A stretch of DNA of 62,729 nucleotides, filler included, from Pirum gemmata (taxonomy: Eukaryota), in assembly GCA_002812295.1 (NCBI GenBank). It is 18 parts of 18 records of this genome, joined end to end, with 100 filler letters (N's around TTAATTAATTAA, not from the genome) between each part and the next. Parts side by side here need not be neighbours in the genome. Positions count along the whole stretch, not along the records: positions 18,973 to 23,370 come from PDIN01003579.1; positions 23,471 to 26,564 come from PDIN01003580.1; positions 26,665 to 31,310 come from PDIN01003581.1; positions 31,411 to 34,500 come from PDIN01003582.1; positions 34,601 to 37,634 come from PDIN01003583.1; 13 more parts are not named here. One strand, 5' to 3'. The notes beneath the pieces are model-generated. The model saw nothing but the letters and a program-made list of their open reading frames with translations, was not told where the DNA came from and did no database searches. The position numbers were made by a program, and so were the translations under genes. Positions within the stretch are counted from its first letter, which is position 1, and each line of letters begins with the position of its first letter. Below are positions 22,278 through 36,448 of the stretch, piece after piece.

Positions 22278-23254
22278 TAGAACAAGATCCTTTTTGAGTA
22301 ACACAATCACAGTTAAGTGGAAGATTAGTATTAACAGGAGCAGAAGTAGATTGTGTAATCACTGTACAATCCATCACACAAGAATCCAATTTCTCTACAA
22401 TACAAAATGGTTGCCCAGCAAGGTTATTACAAGTCCTTTTAAAAGCTTGTTTACCGTTAACACATGGCAAACACTCTTCTTTAGGTTGCCAAGCCTTACA
22501 TCTTTCATTACAAAAAGCATCAGGGTCAAAACCAGTGGAAGTAGAAGACCCAGTAGATGTAGTTGCGCTGATTGCTGAAGTAGCTGAAGTAGTTGCAGTT
22601 GTGCTGATTGCTGAATTTGCTGAAGTAGTTGTAGTAGTACTAATTATTGAAGTGGACGTACTACTTAATGAAGTTGACGAAGTACTAATTAATGAAGTAC
22701 TAATTAATGAAGTTGATGAAGTTGATGTAGTAGTACTAGTAACTGTTGATGCAGAGTCTGAGTTTGTTATAGTACTAATTACAGTGGAAACAGAGCTTGA
22801 AATTGTAGAAGTAACTGTAACTGGCACTGTTAAAGTATTAATTGAAGTTGTTGAGGTAGTAGTAATTGGTGTTAAAGTGTTACTAAAGGAAGCTGTTGGA
22901 ACCGAAGAAAAAGTTGTACTAAACGTAGAAGATGGGATACTACTTGAACCAATACTACTACTACTACTACTACTACTTGTTGGGGAAATAGTTGTGCTGG
23001 AAATAGGGATTGAGGTAGTTGTAGTACAAGGAATTTTGGTAGTACTAACAATAGTAGTAGTAATGATAGTGGGAATATTAGTTATGCATGAGGGAGGGAA
23101 TGTTGTTTGGCAGGAATCCTTTTTTAGTTCTTCGCATTGGCCTGATTCATTATCGTTACAGTATCTCTTGTAAAATTGTTTGTTCTCGACGCAGCAACCA
23201 TAAGCAGTCCAGGGGTAACATTTCTGGGCACAAGTTTTGTCATCACCACTTGCA
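22278..23254 (-). CDS. Internal exon of an extracellular protein with thrombospondin-type-1-like Cys modules and a Ser/Thr mucin-like stalk
   Basis: Open frame between a TAG acceptor (23255) and GTAAGA donor (22277). Modules CAQKCYPWTAYGCCVENKQFYKRYCNDNESGQCEELKKDSC and CNERCKAWQPKEECLPCVNGKQAFKRTCNNLAGQPFCIVEKLDSC are separated by about 180 aa of S/T-rich sequence. Confidence 0.75.
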
Positions 23255-23844
23255 CTATATTTTTTATATAAATTACAGTGATTTAGTATTATTATTGTAG
23301 TTGTAGTTGTTGTTGTTGTTGTTGTTGTTGTTGTTATTGTTGTTGTTATTGTTATTGTTGTTGTTATTGTNNNNNNNNNNNNNNNNNNNNNNNNNNNNNN
23401 NNNNNNNNNNNNNNTTAATTAATTAANNNNNNNNNNNNNNNNNNNNNNNNNNNNNNNNNNNNNNNNNNNNTAATAATATAATAATAATATTTTACAGTAA
23501 ATTTTACTTAATCATTTTTTTTAACATGTGATGATCATATGCTTTCGAAAATCCCTCAGCTATATCATTGTTGTTGCTCTCAAAATTTTTATATTATTAA
23601 AAATTACCCAAATACTGTTTAATAGATACATTTTGATTATTTTGGTAATTTTAATTGGTTAGGGTTAGGGTCTGGGTCGGAGGTTAGGGTTAGGGTTACT
23701 GGGTTAGGGTTAGAAAGGGTTAGTCTAGGGTTAATATCTAGCCAGATTATTATTATCAATTTTCAATACTTAAAAATTTTTTTTTAAAAAAAAAACTTTA
23801 AAAGGGGCAATTAACTTATTAAAAGTACCAAATAATAACTATGG

Positions 23845-24102
23845 TGCCAAACCAGAAAAAAATGGCGGCATGCATCCGATATAGTAATATTGTATGAGCT
23901 CAAAAATTCGAAAAATCTCAAAATGGCTTAATTTTAAAAAAAAGTGCTACCAAATATTTAAAAATAGTTAAACTAACAAAACTCTATTTTGAACCAATGG
24001 TAAGTTTTTAAAAATAATTTGGCTAGTTATGATTAAAGGTTTTTAGAAAAGATGTCTAAAAAAAAAATAATTTCTAGACTACAGGTTTATCCGGCTTGAC
24101 TG
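23845..24102 (+). mobile_element. MITE family E copy
   Basis: Aligns with 25905-26138 (GCTCAAAAAT...ATCTCAAAATG...CTACCAAATA...TAATTTGGCTAGTTA...TTTATCCGGCTT). Confidence 0.65.
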
Positions 24103-24217
24103 TTAAAAAAAAAAAAAGAAAAAGAAAAACAAACTTTTTACCAGTCTTTTGTTTGTATAATTTTTATAATGGTGAAAAAAAACTAAAAACGGCCTACTTT
24201 TTTTTTTTTACTAACAA

Positions 24218-24460
24218 TTAAAAGTCATCTAGTTTTTATGTCCGAAAATATCAAATCTATAAAAAACTACTACATTACTTACGTTCGAAAAATTTCGAAA
24301 GTCCCATCCAGTTTTTATGTCCGAAAATATCAAACCTATAAAATACTACTACATTACTTACGTTCAAAAAGTTTCGAAAGTCCCATCTAGTTTTTATGTC
24401 CGAAAATTTCAAACCTATAAAATACTACTACATTACTAACGTTCGAAAAGTTTCGAAATA
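24218..24460. repeat. ~80-bp tandem repeat, 3 copies
   Basis: CATCTAGTTTTTATGTCCGAAAATATCAAA...CTACTACATTACTTACGTTCGAAAA...TTTCGAAA occurs three times. Confidence 0.9.
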
Positions 24461-25276
24461 TAAAAACTCTATGATAGTAAAACCAAAAGTTGGGCGTTTT
24501 TAAATTATTTGCACTGTATTTTTATGCGACTATCAGAAACATGAGGTAGACAGACCTCATGTAGTTCCTCATGTTCTATGATATTATAAAAAAAAAATAA
24601 AAAATCGAAATAACTCGAAATAAGGGGAGAAAAATAACAAAACCCATGATACATATGATTTACAACTGTTATCTTAATTAATAAAATTGTAAGTTTGGTA
24701 GCTAACTTATATAATAATATATTATAATAATTTATAATTTAATTAAAATAAATATATATCATATATTTATAATATTATAATACAAATATAACCCTAACAC
24801 TCCCTAACCCTAACCCTAACCCTAGCACTAGTAGTCCCTAACCCTAACCCTAACCCTAACCCTAACCCTAACCCTAACCCTAACCCTAACCCTAACCCTA
24901 TATAGGGTTAGGGTTAGGTATATAATATTTTACAAATTAATATAATTACATGTATATAATACAATATACAATTATTGTTCTAATACAATACATTACAATT
25001 TCAGTGTTATAATATTATAATTAATTATAAAAAATTAATACACTATAGCTATTTAAATTTGGCCGTAGTAATTGCACCTCTCGTTCTCAATAGTTGGTTC
25101 TGATTACTTGGGATATTGACCAAGTCCTGTAGTCTAGAGTTATTATTATTATTATTATTATCATTATATTGTTGTTGTTGTTGTTGTTGTTGTTCTTGTT
25201 GTTGTTGTTCTTGTTGTTGTTGTTGTTGTTGTTGTTGCTAGACTACTAGTAGCTACTCGTCTACTTCATTACCTCT

Positions 25277-25838
25277 GCTCTCTCAATCTTTAATTTGGCA
25301 TTGTTTAAGTGTATAATTGAATTTGTTTATATATAAATTAAAACATGCATATGTTTGATAGTTTAACCATAATTTCAGTTTTTAATTAAACATTGAAAAA
25401 AACAATAGTCTTTCGTGCTTTTCATTTATTTTGTCACTCGGAATATTTATTTGGAGGGTTATAATATTTAAAATGACATTTTTAAATCAATAAATAGATA
25501 ATAAAATATACGTAAATAAATTAAATGGATTTATATTGTGTTAATTTGGTGCTATTTACTGTATGTCTTATGACGACAAAATAACGGTTGGCAGAAAATA
25601 CCCCTACTTACCTACCCCTCGACGTTAATCTCCTTTCAAATACCACCTGCTTACCTACCACTTAACGTGACGTAGTGTGACGTATTAAAGAGTACCAAAT
25701 TAATACTATATAAATCCATTGCATTTAATTTGGTATGTTTTATTATCTAATTATTCATTTTAAAAAGGTCGATTTAAATATTATAATCAACCAAATAAAT
25801 ATTCAGGGTGACAAAATAAATGAAAAGCACGATAGACT
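25277..25838. mobile_element. Cluster of adjacent/nested MITEs (family C, B reverse, A reverse, B forward)
   Basis: 25277-25408 matches family C. 25406-25590 and 25690-25838 match 52750-52895 and 62134-62322 in opposite orientations. 25593-25686 matches family A. Confidence 0.7.
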
Positions 25839-25904
25839 AGTAGAACAAAATAACAACAGTAAAAAATAATTAGATAATTTAATTTTTTTTTTTTTTTTTT
25901 TTAA

Positions 25905-26138
25905 TAGGCAAGCCGGATAAAAATTGCGACATCCTCCACTATGCTCAAAAATCTAAAATCTCAAAATGCCCCAATTTAAATATAAGTACTACCAAATAGT
26001 TAGAAATTTATTTAACTTAAAATCTATATTATGAACCAATAGCCACTTTTTATAAATAATTTGGCTAGTTAAAAGTTAAGATTTTTAGAGAAAAAGTTAA
26101 AAAAAAAAAATGGTTTCTACGGTTTTATCCAGCTTAAT
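25905..26138 (+). mobile_element. MITE family E (TIR AAGCCGGATAAAA / TTTTATCCAGCTT)
   Basis: Imperfect 13-bp terminal inverted repeats; second copy at 23845-24102. Confidence 0.7.
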
Positions 26139-26492
26139 AATATAATAATAAAAATTGTGTAAAAAAAAAAAAAATTATCGTATAAATAATAAAGACTATT
26201 TTATAATAGTGTCATTTTCCTATTACATCACCCGTTTTTAATGTTAGGAGCTGTCCAAAAATGACGTCTTCCTTTAGGGTAAGAGTGGGAGGGGCTGGAT
26301 CAATAACACTATTACTACTACTACTACTATTACTATTACTACGACTACCACTATTACTACTACTACTACTACTACTACTGCTGCTACTATCGCTACTACT
26401 ACTCTAAACTACTACTAGTACTTTTACTATTACGTATATATTAATACTACCTACACTAGCTAGTACTATTACTACTATTACTACTACTTCTC

Positions 26493-26549
<57 letters not shown>

Positions 26550-26738
26550 TCACCACTACTACTANNNNNNNNNNNNNNNNNNNNNNNNNNNNNNNNNNNN
26601 NNNNNNNNTTAATTAATTAANNNNNNNNNNNNNNNNNNNNNNNNNNNNNNNNNNNNNNNNNNNNCAACCACCACCACCACCACCACCACCACAACAACAA
26701 CAACAACAACAACAACCTTAAAAAAACAAAAAAAAAGA

Positions 26739-28127
<1,389 letters not shown>

Positions 28128-28688
28128 ATTTTATTTTGCAATTGTAACAATAAAAAAAATTATTATATATTATAATATCGATTAATAATAATAATAATAA
28201 TAATAATAGTAANNNNNNNNNNNNNNNNNNNNNNNNNNNNNNNNNNNNNNNNNNNNNNNNNNNNNNNNNNNNNNNNNNNNNNNNNNNNNNNNNNNNNNNN
28301 NNNNNNNNNNNNNNGTTAGGGTTAGGGTTAGGGTTAGGGTTGGGTTTAGGTTTAGGTTTAGGTTTAAATTTAGGTTTAGGGGTTAAGGGTTAGGGGTTAG
28401 GGGGTGGTTGCTATAGTTTTTAATTATTCAAATGATATGTATAAATAATAATTATCTAGACACTTTATGCGATAAAAAATAAATATTCAATTTCCCTCGA
28501 AATATCATATTCTACCCAGTTACTAGTTTGACAGTTCGAACATAATTAATTATTAATACGTTTGAAAGTTTTTTTATTTTGTGATATTTTATTTTTTTCA
28601 TATATATTCTACCCTTTTTTTTTACTTCCTCTTCAGGTATCTAGCTAGCTAGTCTACAAGTTATCTACTTCATTCTTTATTAGACTCT

Positions 28689-31046
28689 ATGGGTTCTATA
28701 AAGGGTCGTAAGCCCAAGAAGCGAAAGCGAAAGGTGCTGCTGCGAGACCCACATGGCAAATGGAAGGCTCGGAAACTGACTGAGAGTGAGAGCCCAAGTG
28801 ATAATGAGCTGGAGTGTAGAGTAGTGGAGTCTACTGCTGCTACTCAGGAGTCTACAGACTCAGGGGAAAGTTCTGATGATGATTTGGCTGACGATTTTAT
28901 CACAGCAATCGAATCGAGCGAGGTAATATGCGAACTGGTGTGGACAGATAGATGTTTACCAGATAGATATGACGGAAAGTCTAGAACGACAGTATGGAGG
29001 AAAAAAAAAAAAAAACCGAATTACAACGTAAAAACCGAACGATAACTTCTTTTTTTGAATCTACCCGGCCCCGGCAAAACAACTCGTCTGATAGTGATAC
29101 AGCTAGTAGTAGTGTTCAATACCTACCAGCAGTGTCAGTTGGCTTTAAAAAAAAAAAAATGTACGAGGAGGAGAGAAAGGTTATAGAAGAGTGCTTAAGT
29201 GAACTTGTTGCAATGAGAAAACAATTACGGAAGAAAGGTGGTACTGATTTTCTACATGGTCAAACACAAAGCTTGTGCAAATTTTTTGAACTGAGATTGG
29301 AAGGTTATGGTAAAAGGTACATAATATTCATATGTTGTTTTCAATAGTGTTACATATAGCTGTATGATCATGATTGACATATTATAATAATATATTATAT
29401 ATATCGTATGATATTAATTAATTAATATTATATATATCGTATATATTAGAGAAAGTGCAGAGTGGGCTATAGAGTCGATTGATATTGATATAAAGTTGAC
29501 CTCATGGAGATTTGTCAGCACTTGGGCATTGAGCTATATGCGTGAGAGAATTTTGCCATTGTCTAATCGAGGAAAACACAGAAAAATTCTTTCTTTATTA
29601 ATGGATGAAGACATACAGGAGAGATGTGCTGAATTTCTCAGAACTTGTGAGCAGAAGGAAAGAAATCCACGAGGTTTGAAAAAATTTGTTTTCAGTAATT
29701 TTAATGATAAAGTAACAAGTATATCTGATCGTACCTTTATAAATTGGATGCATAAGCTAAACTATAAGTATGGGCTATTCGTGAAAGATGTATTTAATGA
29801 TGGGCATGAGAGAGAAGATGTAGTAGCTTATAGAAATTTGTTGTTTATTCCCAAAATGCTAACTTACTTTGAAAGAATGGCTGGTTATGAGCATGATGAG
29901 AATGGTAACTCTATTAGAATACCTCCAACAAACCAAAGTGATAAGGAAATTGTGTGGATATGCCATGATGAGAGTACATTTTATTCAAATGATGATGGTG
30001 GTATTATTTGGTATCACAAGGAAAGCCCACACTTGAGAAAGAAAGGAAATGGTGCCAGTATTATGTTATCAGACTTCATTTGCCCATGTCATGGTCGTTT
30101 ATACATTATGGATGCTTGTGGTAACAAGGAATATATAACCGAGTATATAAAGCCTGGAAAGAATCGAGATGGGTATTGGCAGACCCCACATATGATAAAG
30201 CAACTTAAAGAAAAAGCAATCATAGCGCACAAGCAGATGCATCCTAACAAAGTAGGGCTTTTTATGTTTGATAATTCGACAAACCATTCTTGTAGACCAG
30301 AGGATGACTTAAATGTCGATAATATGGGCAGACATAATGGTGGAAAGACAGCTAAATGGTTAAAAGATACAACGTATAAAGATGAACATGGTATACTACA
30401 TGAGCAAAAAATGTGGGTTCATAAGAAAGATGCTAACGGAAATATACTTATGGATGAAAATGGTAATCCAAAAAGAGAGCAAAAAGGAGTAGAGCTAGTT
30501 TTGAGAGAAAGAAGCTTATACGAATCTGTGAAAGATAAGAGAAAATATCGTTGCAACATTAAAAAGAAAAATGATCCAAATCCACCACCCAAAATTAGAA
30601 AAGTAATTGGTAAAATGTATGACTGCTGTTGTTATCATAAACTTATGTGTCAGCCTGATTTTATGAGCGGTAAAAGTAAAATAGAGATACTGGTTGAAGA
30701 TCATGGTGATATGGCTATATTTTTACCTAAGTTTCATTGTGAAATCAACCCGATCGAGAAGTTGTGGGGATTTTCTAAACAGTATTGTCGTTCAAATTGT
30801 GATTATACTTTCAAAAGCTTAGAGAATATTATCCCCAAATCTCTTTCTCTTTGTTCTTTGACAACTATTCAAAAATATTTCAGGAATGCTTTCAATATCA
30901 TTTATATTTATAATGGTAAACACGTGAGTAACGATAAAAACTATCAATTTGCCAAATTTGTTACCAAACGATATAAATCGCACAGACCTATTCCAGGAGA
31001 TGAACTGCAAAAAATAATTGATGAATACAAAATCCATAATAACTGA
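28689..31046 (+). mobile_element. IS630/Tc1-mariner superfamily transposase gene; exon 1 28689..29316 (frameshift at A15, 29001-29015), intron 29317..29449, exon 2 29450..31046
   Basis: Motifs DGHEREDVVAYR, CHDESTF (D1), MFDNSTNH (D2) and FLPKFHCEINPIEKLWG (E). The GTACAT...ATTAG intron joins GKR|ESAEW in frame with the 29496 ORF. No TIRs found. Confidence 0.88.
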
Positions 31047-31160
31047 TATATATTATAATTATAATACATCCGTGCTTTATTAAAATAATAAAATGATTGA
31101 ACTGATATATATATGTATGTATGTATGTATACACATAATATATATATATGATATTAATAT

Positions 31161-31206
<46 letters not shown>

Positions 31207-31261
31207 CTAACCCTAACCCTAACCCTAACCCTATATATAAACACACACACACACATGTATA

Positions 31262-31296
<35 letters not shown>

Positions 31297-31819
31297 CCCT
31301 AACCCTAACCNNNNNNNNNNNNNNNNNNNNNNNNNNNNNNNNNNNNNNNNNNNNTTAATTAATTAANNNNNNNNNNNNNNNNNNNNNNNNNNNNNNNNNN
31401 NNNNNNNNNNAATAATATTATATATGTCCCAAGATTATTATAAAACAATTTTCCATTATTTTTAATATATATATTAATATTATTATATATTAAAATTAAA
31501 ATATATAATTGTTGTTGTTCATTATAATTGTTGGTAGTTGTAGCTAGTGGTTGGTGGTTGGTGGTTGTAGTTGCTGGTGGGTGGTGGAGTTGTGGTGGGT
31601 GGTGGGTGATTAGTTGTTGAATTCATTATAATATACTATAATACTGTAATTATATATAATATTCTAATTATTATTCTAATTATTATAAAAATTATATTTG
31701 TTTTTCTTTTTTAAAAAAAAAATATTAAAATATTATTTTATATACATTTATTTATAATAAAGTCACAAAAATTATCCCTAGTAATTATATTATTTTCATT
31801 TCACTGTCTAGTTTCACTT

Positions 31820-31868
<49 letters not shown>

Positions 31869-31873
<5 letters not shown>

Positions 31874-34166
31874 CAAGTGTTGGCCAAGCTGTCAAGCAAG
31901 CTGGCGAAGATATATTAGCCAAACCTAAAATACACTGTGGCAATCCCCAAATATTGACACCAACAATAATAGCGGCCCCAATTATAGCGCGATAAGTTAG
32001 ACAAGAGGTTTTTGATCTGTTTAACCAAATCTCACATGAAATCCAACCAACAAACAAAGGAATCATGTAATCACCAGGTGGTAAATAAGCGTACAGTCCC
32101 ATAACCATCCAATTAGGCCAAAAGTCATTGGTAATTTTTCTTGCTCTTGGAGATTTAACGAATCGGAAAACGATAAATTCTTTGATAGGTTCACAAACAA
32201 AAGCACAAATAAAGAACACACAACCAATCGTAGTTGCGTATTTTGGTAATGCACCAAACCCTTCTAATGCAATATGCCCGATACCAATGTAAGCTGGAGC
32301 GTAACTTATAGGATAGGCAGAAGAAGGGAAACCCATATCTGCAGCACTTTCTTGGAAAATATAAAAAACGGTAGGACTAATAAAACAACCAACAAACAAA
32401 CCAATCATTTCAGAGATGTACATACTTGTTGAAGATGCTTTCAAAATAAAAGCAGTTTTGTAGTCACCCATAATATCAGAACTATTTTGACTACCAAAGG
32501 CTACAATACCCAAAAAGACCATTAGCGCGGGGAATCCTTCGTACTCCCCCAAGGAACTATTAAACCAACTACCAACCGCAAAAATCAATCCTTTAGCAAT
32601 CAAAAAGGTAATACCTTGATCGGTTAAACCTGTCAAATACACATTCATAATGGCAATTATAGGGAAAATAATGTAACCTAGTAGAACCATATACCATTTA
32701 ATAAATGGGAAGATAAATGGAATTACAACGATCCCCATGACACAAGTAGATAAAAATACCGACAACAAAATCCATTTGTTAATAGTACTTTCTTCCATAA
32801 TTTTAACCCTTAGAGCCTCCTCTCTTACCTCTGCTACTGGTCGAGGATCAGGGGTAGGATTTTTAGCTTCTCTTCTTCTTTCAATAAAAGATTTGATAGT
32901 TTCTTTTGCCATATCTACAACAATCCAACAACCATTACCTAAAACGCAACAGATCATAAAGAAAACACTATAACCACCCATTTGTGAGTAAAAATTAATA
33001 CCAGAACCATAGACAAACCAATAACCTGGGGGCACTGTAGTTCCTTGGGTGGAAGCATCCGTTATTTCATAGCCTTTATCCCAAATAATAGGGTACAACA
33101 AACCAAAAAAGAAAATACTACCAATCACACTGGAAAAGTTGACATTTCTAGGTGTTAAGCAAGCAATACCACCGTACATCAAGTTTTCGGCATTAGCATT
33201 AAAATACCAACTGTAACGTAAAGCAGTTAGTCCTAAAACTGGCATAGCAAATGCAGAACAATTTGAACTACCGCCAGCATATTCCACAGCACCTGCAAAA
33301 ACCCAAGATAAACAAGCCCACAAGAAAAAAGCTCCACCCACACCCGCAAAAATATTGATTTTTCTTTCTCGTTCTTTTCCTTGAGGCTGCACAAAAGAAG
33401 TGATCAATAAAGCAGTGGCCGATGGAGATGGGAAAGGTAATCGGTAGTGTACAATCATCATTTTTCTCAAAACAGTCACCAAATTTACAGAAGTAAAAGC
33501 TAAACATGCAGCAAATCCTAAAACATTTACCCATTTAAAAGCAACAGTTTCAGTTGGTAAATTGTCCAAAATAGTAGAGTTAGCTTGCACTTGTTCATAA
33601 GTATAACCTTCATAACTAGCAATACAATTCGGCAACAATGCAGCAAAATAAGTTCCATAACCCATCCCAGAAGTAACAGACGTTATAGCCACAGTGATAG
33701 TTTGAATACAAACCAATTCATATTTTGACATTGGTAATACATTTCTACCAAATCGTGCCATTAGTTTGTGAAACAATTTCAATATCACATAGGATATCAA
33801 AACAGCAGGCAAAGACCAACCTGGAGTGGAAGCAGAGTTCCACAAAATAATCTTAAGCAACATAAAAGTGCATAAAATACCAACGACAATACCCATAATA
33901 ATTGCACGAGGGGTTACACCTAACCGCCAATTTAAACCGTCTTCAATTTCTTTCCATTCTTCTTTACTCCAGTTAGGATTCTCGGGATCAAAGCTGTCTT
34001 CTTCAGTTTCAAAGTCTTGTAATTCTCCTATTGTAGATATTTTATCTTCTTTGTTTTTGAAAGATTCGAATTGAGTAGTAGTACCAATAGAAACAACGTT
34101 TGCCTCCATTTCGTAGTTGGGTGGGAGGTTACTGGTACCAAGCTCTGCCTCTTTATCGTAATTCAT
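31869..34166 (-). CDS. OPT-superfamily transporter, YSL (yellow-stripe-like) type, intronless, 765 aa
   Basis: Many TM helices. Motifs VTPRAIIMG, ELVCIQTITVA, LRKMMIVHYRLPFPSPSATALLI, SDIMGDYKTAF and AYPISYAPAY fit YSL/OPT proteins. Confidence 0.92.
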
Positions 34167-34727
34167 TATTATTATTATTAATACTAAAATATTATTATTT
34201 TATTATTAAAAAGTTCTTGGTTTTGATTTCAATTTTTTTTTTGTTTTGGTTTTTTGGGGTGTTTTTTTATTTTTTTAAAATAATGATACTATCATTATTT
34301 TTATTTGATTTTAAAATTTTGTTTGATTTTTATTTATTTTATTTTATTTTCCTCGTTCATGCTATGATATTTATATGTTTATATTTTATAAAATACATAC
34401 ACCTATAAATTTAATCTATTATATAATTTTTCTTTTTTCTTTTTTCTTTTTTATTATTTTTCATATTTCATATCGATCATCTAGTATCGATCATATACCA
34501 NNNNNNNNNNNNNNNNNNNNNNNNNNNNNNNNNNNNNNNNNNNNTTAATTAATTAANNNNNNNNNNNNNNNNNNNNNNNNNNNNNNNNNNNNNNNNNNNN
34601 GTTGATTGATAATCACCTGCCATTTTATTTTCACTTCTATCGTATGTATATTGCTTTATGAAGGAGAAGTTATTACATGCTATTAAATTATGAATCACTG
34701 GTTTCTATAATTACTTTATTCTTGTAG

Positions 34728-35006
34728 GTGGGTTTGACCTTTTGTCCAGAAAATTGTCATCCGCAGCTTTGGAAAACGCTAATGTTAGCGACAGTGATAG
34801 TGATCTGGACTGTGAAAGGAACTTGGACAATAGTTACAACAAAAGTGAAAACAATAAAGAAATGGAACGGAAGCAGCAATTGCATCGAAAGAGATATCAG
34901 GCCTTTTTGAGTAAATTAAAGAGCGAAGACAATTCGAACTTTAATAATCACAGTCACAGCAAGAACAATAACAAGAACAAGAACAATAACAAGAACAATA
35001 ACAACT

Positions 35007-35045
<39 letters not shown>

Positions 35046-35729
35046 GCAACAAAATGAGCAAGAAGAAAAACAAAAACAAAAACCAAAATAATACCAAAAC
35101 CAAAAGTAATAATAGCATTATTAATGACACTGTTGTTAATAAAGAGAATGGTCACTATAACAACTATTATTACAATAATAACAACGATCATAATGCTAAT
35201 AATGCTAATAATACTGATATTAATAATAATAGTAGTCAAAGTAATAGCAATAGGGATAGCGCCAATTATTTAAATACTAATGGTGCTAGTAGTGTAAATG
35301 ATAATTATGGAATCAATAATTTCAGTGCTTCAAATTTACCAATAACACAATCACCACAACACCTACAATCTCAACACTCTTCACAAGCACCTGTTCACCC
35401 ATCAATATCAGAAGCGCAACCACCGCAACCTCCACAGCTACCACAACCACCACAACCACCACAACCACCACAACCACCACAACCACCACCGCAACCACAA
35501 CCACCACCCCAACCTCAACCACCGCAACCACCACGCGAGCCGTCTAAAAATCACCCTCTACTAGGAAAACAGATTCCCGCCGAACACCATATTCACACGG
35601 ATCCATATTCAGGGGGGTATATGGGAGCTCAAGCGCATCATTATCATTATCAACAACAACTCCTTCAGCTAAATCTTCACCAGCAACAACACTATGGGTA
35701 TTATAATTATATGCACCCTGCTTTTTTGC

Positions 35730-35767
<38 letters not shown>

Positions 35768-36389
35768 GAACAACAACAACAGCAACAACAGCAACAGCAA
35801 CATGGTCAACACTCACAAGTTGTCCAACCTATGCAACACCCAGCTCACATGCACCCAGGGCATTATCAATTAGCACCGCCACATTCACCGCAAACGAGAG
35901 CCAGATCAAACTCACCCCAACGAAATTCACCTAGGATACCTCAGGCCTTTTTCCCTTCCTCCCCTTCTCAGCACGAACAACAACAACAACAACATGATGG
36001 GTTACTACCATTACCTACCGATAACACGCGTTACCCCACCAATGTTCATGAGCAACAACAGCATAGTAGTGGTTATAGTACTGATGTTCAATTTTACGAA
36101 GCTCAGAATGCTCGGTACGGTGGTTACGAAGAAAATGGGTACAATTCATACAATGCCAGTGGTGTTGATCAATTGCGTCGCGATGACAATGGTGTTGGTA
36201 ATGATGGTAGAAGTGAGTTAAAAAAACATGGAAAGCGTGGGTTTTTCGGACTTGTGAATACTAATGGAATTTGCGAGGCTTTAAAAAACTTTCCCATCTA
36301 TGTAGATCATCCTCTGATACAAAAAATCGAGAAAAAGCGCGAATCAAAAATTAAGCCTTTAGCAAAGAAAGCGACAGCAACAGCAACAA

Positions 36390-36448
<59 letters not shown>

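Noticed and set aside
22535..23173. 212-aa Val/Glu-rich plus-strand ORF
   Set aside because: Antisense shadow of the Ser/Thr-rich minus-strand exon.
24218..24460. CRISPR-like array
   Set aside because: The whole ~80-bp units repeat with no unique spacers, the context is eukaryotic and there are no cas genes.
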